Assembly (NCBI GenBank): GCA_963824495.1 | Contig: CAWGPQ010000002.1 | Location: 1 to 10,615, forward strand | From: an uncultured bacterium | Lineage (GTDB): Bacteria; Babelota; Babeliae; Babelales; Babelaceae | DNA: 10,615 nt | Reading direction: 5' to 3' | Part shown: positions 1-5,700 of the stretch, piece after piece | Layout: each line of letters begins with the position of its first letter | How positions within the stretch are numbered: position 1 is the stretch's first letter | Made by a program: the position numbers and the translations under genes | Notes under the pieces: model-generated | What the model was told of the DNA's origin: nothing | Databases searched by the model: none | The model's input: only the letters and a program-made list of their open reading frames with translations

Positions 1-144
1 TTCTACTGCTTTAAGATTGCAATCTTTGACTGCTCTTTGTAATTCAAAGCTGGCAGGGTTAGTTAGTCCTTGTAGTTGCATAGATTCTAATGAAAGAGCA
101 TTACCTAGCAATAAGCTAATCAGAATAGATATTCTTTCTTCTTT
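1..144 (-). CDS. 5' part of an ankyrin-repeat-like secreted protein, running off the left edge; start codon unclear
   Basis: Manual translation of an open frame bounded upstream by TAA at 145-147: KEERISILISLLLGNALSLESMQLQGLTNPASFELQRAVKDCNLKAVE. A hydrophobic signal-like stretch is followed by NPASFELQRAVKDCNLKAVE, 10/20 identical to NPANQALFQEAFRGNLKAVE in the 8042-9433 ankyrin protein. The first in-frame ATG (79-81) lies after the signal-like stretch. Confidence 0.6.
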
Positions 145-194
145 TTAACCTTGGATAGCAATTGTTTTTTCTTTTTTTGTCAGCTTTTGCTAAG

Positions 195-926
195 TTAGAT
201 CCGCTTAAAATATGCAAAAAATTCTTTATTACCTGATGTGCCTAAAATAGGCGACTCTATAACACCCTGACAAGCAAATCCGTAGCTTTCAATACCTCTA
301 ATAACTTGTTCAACAACACGTTGGTGAATCTTTGAATCTTTAATAATACCCCCACGTCCTACTTCATGACGTTCAGCTTCAAACTGAGGCTTAATAAGAG
401 TAAGTAACGAGCCCGTCGGCTTAAGCACAGCACACACAGCATGCATCACTTTTAAAATCGAAATAAATGATAGATCAAGCGTAATAAGATCTACTTTTTC
501 ACCAAGATCAGTGAGATGGCGCAGATTAGTACGTTCATGTATAATAACACGAGCATCACGTCGTATCTTTTCATGTACCTGCCCGTACCCGACATCAATA
601 CCATAAACACGAGCAGCGCCATGCTGGAGTAAGCAGTCAGTGAAACCTCCGGTAGATAAACCAGCATCAAGAACTACCAGATCTGTAACGTCAACGTTAA
701 AAGCTTCCAGCGCCTTTTCAAGTTTACCCCCAGCCCGGCAGACATAACGAGGTTGATCAATGCGCAATTCAATCACTGCTGTGTTGCTTATAAGAACGCC
801 TGGCTTGGTAACGGGAATACCAGAGACAAAGACTTTGCCTTGCATAATCCAACTGCTGAGTTGAGTACGGCTATACTGAGGATAGCGCTCACTCAGCAGG
901 ATATCAAGGCGCTTTTTTATTTTCAT
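195..926 (-). CDS. tlyA: TlyA family rRNA (cytidine-2'-O)-methyltransferase (S4 + FtsJ-like domains)
   Basis: Motifs KKRLD (S4), YVCRAGGKL, LDAGLSTGGFTDCLLQHGA, DVGYGQ, ERTNLR, DLSFIS, LIKPQFE, GNKEF. The ORF track starts at 956; the ATG at 926 (MKIKKRLD) matches the usual family start better. Confidence 0.95.
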   Translation of the reverse strand: MKIKKRLDILLSERYPQYSRTQLSSWIMQGKVFVSGIPVTKPGVLISNTAVIELRIDQPRYVCRAGGKLEKALEAFNVDVTDLVVLDAGLSTGGFTDCLLQHGAARVYGIDVGYGQVHEKIRRDARVIIHERTNLRHLTDLGEKVDLITLDLSFISILKVMHAVCAVLKPTGSLLTLIKPQFEAERHEVGRGGIIKDSKIHQRVVEQVIRGIESYGFACQGVIESPILGTSGNKEFFAYFKRI

Positions 927-1164
927 ATACTCATTTTTAACTAGGGAACTTTCCATTTGCGATTATCACTTTAGCGCTATTATCGTGAAAAAGCCAACCT
1001 TACCGGTCGCAAACAGCTTCATTTTTAATATATAGATAGAGTTACTCACGGTCAATAAAGAAAGACGATTTTAACTTTCCTTCTTTAAACATGGATTACG
1101 GAGGCTCTTGAATGCTGTACCTACCCTTGCTCCTGTACTTGTCTTGTGGTTAAATGCTTGACAT

Positions 1165-1566
1165 TTGGTTATTGGCACTTTGTTAACTTTACCGACACTG
1201 ATCTCTGCCATGGATCACCAAAGGCAATTACGTGATGCTATAAACGCCAATTCTGTTGACAGAGTTTCTTCGTTAATAACATGTAATGATTTGTATGTTA
1301 TTAACGGTAAGTTTATGGGCTATGGGACTCCACTTATATGTGCTTCTGCTTCTGGATATATAAATATAGTTAAAGTGCTTATAGAAGCTGGCCTGCCATA
1401 CGAAGCTCGAAGAGCGAAGTGTGGTGCTGATGTTAATTATGTCAATAATTATGGCAATACTGCCCTTATGCGTGCAATTAAACAGGCTCATATAGATGTA
1501 GTTAACTTACTTATAGAGCGTGGTGCTATTGTTAGGAATGACGACCTAAAAGTGGCTAAAAGCTGA
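1165..1566 (+). pseudogene. Ankyrin-repeat protein, 5' part (signal-like N-terminus; 11-aa insertion within a repeat); probably disrupted
   Basis: Ankyrin consensus matches: GTPLICASASGYINIVKVLIEAG..ADVNYVNNYGNTALMRAIKQAHIDVVNLLIERGA. It has only a TTG start directly after a TGA. The frame stops at 1566 while ankyrin coding continues in the +1 frame. Confidence 0.75.
1392..1424. mobile_element. 33-bp palindromic (REP/RPE-like) insertion in frame within an ankyrin repeat
   Basis: CCTG-CCATAC-GAA-GCTC-GAA-GAGC-GAA-GTGTGG. Removing it restores GAA GCT GGT GCT GAT (EAGAD, the ankyrin consensus). TGG is present at both junctions (1389-1391 and 1422-1424). Confidence 0.7.
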
Positions 1567-2059
1567 TAGTAATTGTGCTGATAAATCCGGCCGCACTGCT
1601 CTTCATAGTGCTGCAGATTATGGTAGCGAAGATGCTATTAAAGTATTACTTGCTCATGATGCACGTAGTAATACTCAAGATGATTATCGTTATACAGCTT
1701 TACATATAGCTGCTCGTTGTGGAGAGATAACTATTGTTCGAGCACTGCTTGAGGCTGGAGCACGAGTTGATATCTATGATGCTGATGGATACGCTGCCTG
1801 GAGTCTTGCCGCGAGAAATGGTCATATTGCTGTTGCTAAGCTTATTCAAGACTATGCTCCGCGAGCAGTATTACGCTCAGTGTCTCATGCTGGTCGTGAT
1901 AACGGCACGCTTGGTGTTATGTATACCGGAGCAAGTGACCCAGCGCAGCCGCTAGACCCACAACGAAATGGTACCCTTCCCTATGAAGTTACCCGCCACA
2001 TTATGGGCTACTTTCTTGCACAGCGTGCTGCTAACAATCAAAATAACTCGAACGGTTAA
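1550..2059 (+). pseudogene. Ankyrin-repeat protein, 3' part (about 3 repeats plus C-terminal F-box-like motif); no upstream start codon, absent from ORF track
   Basis: Open frame from after TAA 1547-1549 to TAA 2057-2059: KWLKADSNCADKSGRTALHSAADYGSEDAIKVLLAHDARSNTQDDYRYTALHIAARCGEITIVRALLEAGARVDIYDADGYAAWSLAARNGHIAVAKLIQDY...GTLPYEVTRHIMGYFLAQRAANNQNNSNG. Confidence 0.85.
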
Positions 2060-2082
2060 GTTCGCTTTAGTTTACAGATAAA

Positions 2083-3765
2083 TCATACAGCAGCAGGCGT
2101 AGCTTGTACCGCTGCTTCGGGCTTATCGGGCTTAAAGCTGGCAAGAAGCTCCTGGACCAAAGGCGATAGTGGATAAAAGAATGTTTGAGAGAGCATTCTT
2201 TCTTCCTCAAGTATTTTTTCAAATGGTAAGGCAGCAAAAACATTCTCGCTTGTTTTAATCGTCAAGAATTTACCCTTTTGATTTTGTGCACCTTTTTTAA
2301 CAGCTTGTGCAAACTCATCAAGCATCTTGACAGGTATACCGTTTACTTCTGATATAACTGAACCTATCCCAATAGCACGTGATCTAAAAGCAGCTGAACC
2401 GGGTAACACATTCGTTACGATAAGTGCTGGCTCCATCTGTTTCTTGAGCTCAGCGTAATGAGCTAATTCAGGCGCTGCCTGTATGAGAAGTGGTAAATGA
2501 TTGAGCGCCAACTGCATAATAACCATGCCACCAATTACGATATAGTCAATTTTCTCATAACCTGGATACATGCGCCTTATGGGTGCCAGTTCAGATGGGC
2601 CAAACGTAAACGTGAACTCTTTGCGTGCTCCCTTACGATAGACTACAAGGTGCACCTGATCACCAACCATTAAACGAGAAATATAATCCACAATAGAGAT
2701 CTTATCTTCGCTCCAGGGTACACGTAATTCACCAAAGACATCAAGACGAAGGCCATTAATCTCATAAATCATATCACCATTCTCAATACCCGCTTTCTGC
2801 AATGGGCTCCCTTTATAGGTCTCAACAACATACAAGCCGCCCGGGCGGGGATTATCAAGAAAGTCAGTCAAAGTTTCGCTTGCGTTATTATATAATACAC
2901 CTAAAAAAGGCTTGCGCAGAAACTTTAGTCCTTGATCGTTAGGTATCTGTTCTAGCTGGCGCAAGAATAATTTTAGTTCATTAACCGGTATAAAATACCC
3001 TACATTTTGGGCTTCCCGTATACCAGCACTATTGATTCCTACAACTTCCCCTGCTTTATTGATAGATGGCCCACCGGAATTTCCAGGATTTATTGGTGCA
3101 TCGGTCTGAACTAAATGCTGTCCGGCAAGATGCTCTCTTCCACTAACAACGCCTATAGTACTTTTAAGTGATTGCTGACCTAATGGGTACCCAAGTGCCA
3201 TAACTTCATCAGCACGATGAACAAGATCTGAATCGCCAAGTTTAAGGTAGGGTATCCTGCCAAGAGCACTAATAATAGTTTCGCGGTCTTCTGGCATCAA
3301 ATGCAACTGTGCTAAATCACGTTCAGGGCTTACTTCGCGTGCTTTTGTAACATAAAAACGTTGTTTTCCAAGCGAGGGGATCTGTATAGAAATATCAGTC
3401 GCCTGATCGGTAACGTGAGCATTGGTAATAATGTCACCGCTATCGTTAATAAAAAAACCACTGCCTGTTGCTTGATATTGGGCAGGTGATCTGTAAGGTT
3501 CGCGCCAATCAAACTCAGCAATTTGTGAAAATATTTGCACAACGGTATCTCTCAGCTGAGACTGAACGTCACACCAGTTTTTGCCCGGTGGACAGGGCTC
3601 ATAATGCGTTAAAGCACTTGGTTTGCCTACGGCAAGCTCATCTTTGAGCTTTTCCATAACGAGTCGCAATGAATTTTGCTCTTCCCGTTGGCTATAAGTC
3701 CAATAACCAATACCTACCATACTTGCCAAAAAAAGTGCCATCATCAAAAAACGTACAAAACGCAT
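2083..3765 (-). CDS. HtrA/DegP-family (S1C) serine protease with N-terminal membrane anchor and two PDZ-type domains
   Basis: GSGFFI; catalytic triad motifs TNAHV, RDLA and APINPGNSGGP; PDZ features FLGV...GSPLQKAGIENGDMIYEING; second C-terminal PDZ-like region VISEVNGIPVK; hydrophobic N-terminus. Confidence 0.93.
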   Translation of the reverse strand: MRFVRFLMMALFLASMVGIGYWTYSQREEQNSLRLVMEKLKDELAVGKPSALTHYEPCPPGKNWCDVQSQLRDTVVQIFSQIAEFDWREPYRSPAQYQATGSGFFINDSGDIITNAHVTDQATDISIQIPSLGKQRFYVTKAREVSPERDLAQLHLMPEDRETIISALGRIPYLKLGDSDLVHRADEVMALGYPLGQQSLKSTIGVVSGREHLAGQHLVQTDAPINPGNSGGPSINKAGEVVGINSAGIREAQNVGYFIPVNELKLFLRQLEQIPNDQGLKFLRKPFLGVLYNNASETLTDFLDNPRPGGLYVVETYKGSPLQKAGIENGDMIYEINGLRLDVFGELRVPWSEDKISIVDYISRLMVGDQVHLVVYRKGARKEFTFTFGPSELAPIRRMYPGYEKIDYIVIGGMVIMQLALNHLPLLIQAAPELAHYAELKKQMEPALIVTNVLPGSAAFRSRAIGIGSVISEVNGIPVKMLDEFAQAVKKGAQNQKGKFLTIKTSENVFAALPFEKILEEERMLSQTFFYPLSPLVQELLASFKPDKPEAAVQATPAAV

Positions 3766-3896
3766 AGTATAACTTTCATGGTAAAGGACCTAGAGAACTT
3801 CTATTCAGTGTAACCTAAGAAATGCTAAACACCAAACGGCTAGTACACTATGGCTTCAGATTCTCTATAAGCAGCGTTGATGCAGTAAAAATATCG

Positions 3897-4778
3897 TTAT
3901 CCGTAAGCTGATTTATTAGCCATTACACTCAGTTTTTTAAGCTTTTCGTTAACACTGTCTGAACTAGAGCAGTAGTGCTCAAAATTGAGTATCCAAGGCT
4001 CAGCTGCAAGCTCTTCAGCAGTTTTTGAAAACGTTATATGCCCATAGATTTCACGGGTATCAAGATATTGTGTAAGTAAATTTTTGCGCGCCACATCGCT
4101 AAAAATAACGTACTCTTGACGATTACTATTATCATCATAAGAAATATAGGGCAATACTTCATGTCTTATGAGATACGTAGAATGTACAACGGGTACTTGT
4201 ATCAACCCCTTAAGCTGTTGACCTAAGAGCGTGTGATATGCTGGGCATTCTTTATAATAACCGTGAGCATCAATACATGCATGATAATTTGAGTACAGTG
4301 TACTGCCTGTTCTGAGTAATGGCGCAACAATAGGGAGTTTCGTCTTAATAAGGGTTTCAAGCGTATGCGGAACGATCATAGTATCACATTGAGCTACAAA
4401 ATAATGTGATCCACGTTCATGAGCCCATGTAACAGATTCTTGACGGATACGACCGAAAGCTTTGAATCTGGCAACACTCCATTCTTCTTGATCATCGTAA
4501 TCTTGTAAGACAAGTTGATCAAAATAGATACCACGATATTGGTCTTTTACATGATCCGCCCATTCGTGAAGTGTGCTTACTGCACTATCGTTATTATTTA
4601 TATGTATATAAAGATATGCCTTATTTTTTGGCCATGTCTGATGTTCAATACAAGCCAAATAGAGAGGCAATAGATGCGTTCTCTGTGGCACGAGAATCGC
4701 AATAGTTACTAGTTCTTCAGCAGCTAATCTCAAAGAAAATGTCAACAAAAATGTAAAAATTAACCGTAGCATCTTCAC
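3897..4778 (-). CDS. Secreted GT-A fold glycosyltransferase-like protein resembling the N-terminal domain of procollagen galactosyltransferase (COLGALT) / PLOD GT domain
   Basis: Motifs VTIAIL, TLHEW, EWSVARF, TLETLI, IVAPLL, YSNY, GYYK and VPVVHSTYLI parallel the COLGALT motifs as recalled (VVAPML, YSNFW, GYYK, VPMVHSTFLI). Likely start is GTG at 4778 (GGAG 9 nt upstream) or ATG at 4772, giving a signal peptide MKMLRLIFTFLLTFSLRLAA. The ORF-track start at 4943 is probably too long. Confidence 0.8.
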   Translation of the reverse strand: MKMLRLIFTFLLTFSLRLAAEELVTIAILVPQRTHLLPLYLACIEHQTWPKNKAYLYIHINNNDSAVSTLHEWADHVKDQYRGIYFDQLVLQDYDDQEEWSVARFKAFGRIRQESVTWAHERGSHYFVAQCDTMIVPHTLETLIKTKLPIVAPLLRTGSTLYSNYHACIDAHGYYKECPAYHTLLGQQLKGLIQVPVVHSTYLIRHEVLPYISYDDNSNRQEYVIFSDVARKNLLTQYLDTREIYGHITFSKTAEELAAEPWILNFEHYCSSSDSVNEKLKKLSVMANKSAYG

Positions 4779-4889
4779 TGAATATCTCTCCAAATATATT
4801 TTAAGGAAAATTATCATAAAAATACCATAAGGGGGACGGCTTAGCAATCTGTCATGCAATCTACCATGAAGCATCTTAATTTTTATTTT

Positions 4890-4917
4890 TTGATAAAAAT
4901 ATTCAAATTGATATACT
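4890..4917 (+). promoter_or_regulatory. Candidate sigma70 promoter for the M48-like peptidase gene
   Basis: TTGATA (4890-4895), 16 nt spacer, TATACT (4912-4917), about 40 nt before ATG 4960. The region is AT-rich, so a chance match is possible. Confidence 0.45.
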
Positions 4918-4959
4918 ATGGTATATTGATCATCTATACCCATTAGCTAGGGGACAAAC

Positions 4960-5700
4960 ATGTGCAACCGATTGAGCTTGTGCTTCATACTACTATCCGG
5001 AGTATCTTCAGTATTTTCTGCTCAAGCCCAAAGTGATGATCAAGCAAATTTGCTTGCGGTTCAAGCACTAGTTAAAGAAGCTCTTGCAAGCTGCAATATT
5101 ACGCGTCAGATAACTCTTCAAGAGGGTGAGAAGAACGAGGTACGGGGGCCCTATCTACTTACACTATCGCCTTTACTAGATTCCAATCAGTTTACGCTTG
5201 ATAGAAAGAGGGCTGCCATTTATCATGAATGCGGTCATCTTTATTATTCTCCGGAGCATCAACAAAAGAGCCGCATAAGTACTCATCAAGCTTTCATACA
5301 AACCGTCATTGGCTTGGCCACCCTTTTATTCGCTCAGCATACATCTGGCTTAACTATGTTATTTCACTATGGTTGTGTGCTTGCAGCTACCTCTCGAATG
5401 AATATTCTTATAGCCTCTCGCTCAATTGAACTCCAAGCAGATACCTTTGCGTATGAGCAGCTCTTCAAAAATGGGCATAGTGACTCTGTGCTTGCATGGA
5501 TTTGGGATCATCAAACATTGCTGCACCAATCACTATTTGATAAAATAGTTACCAGAATAGTTGAAAATTTCTTGCACATGCCATCGGATCATCCAACACA
5601 CCAAGAGCGAGCTGTAGCAGCTCGTATTTTTCTTGAAAGCAAGGGAATAGATGTTGATCAGGCTCTTGCTGAATATCTCAAGAAAGTTGGTCATGCTTAA
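4960..5700 (+). CDS. M48-like zinc metallopeptidase with signal peptide
   Basis: HECGH (HExxH), downstream ELQAD (third ligand, ExxAD), and HPTHQER (M48-type HPxxxxR). Hydrophobic segments lie between these motifs. N-terminal signal peptide ending ...SSVFSAQA. Confidence 0.85.
   Translation: MCNRLSLCFILLSGVSSVFSAQAQSDDQANLLAVQALVKEALASCNITRQITLQEGEKNEVRGPYLLTLSPLLDSNQFTLDRKRAAIYHECGHLYYSPEHQQKSRISTHQAFIQTVIGLATLLFAQHTSGLTMLFHYGCVLAATSRMNILIASRSIELQADTFAYEQLFKNGHSDSVLAWIWDHQTLLHQSLFDKIVTRIVENFLHMPSDHPTHQERAVAARIFLESKGIDVDQALAEYLKKVGHA

Noticed and set aside
1734..1955. 73-aa ORF on the + strand
   Set aside because: It is an off-frame shadow of the ankyrin frame 1550-2059, which has clear motifs.
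4779..4943. N-terminal extension of the glycosyltransferase ORF
   Set aside because: It would fill the divergent promoter region and bury the signal peptide; the RBS supports a start at 4778 or 4772.
5678..5700. 23-nt convergent overlap of the peptidase and MutS-like genes
   Set aside because: Short 3' overlaps are common in compact genomes and there is no sign of special function.
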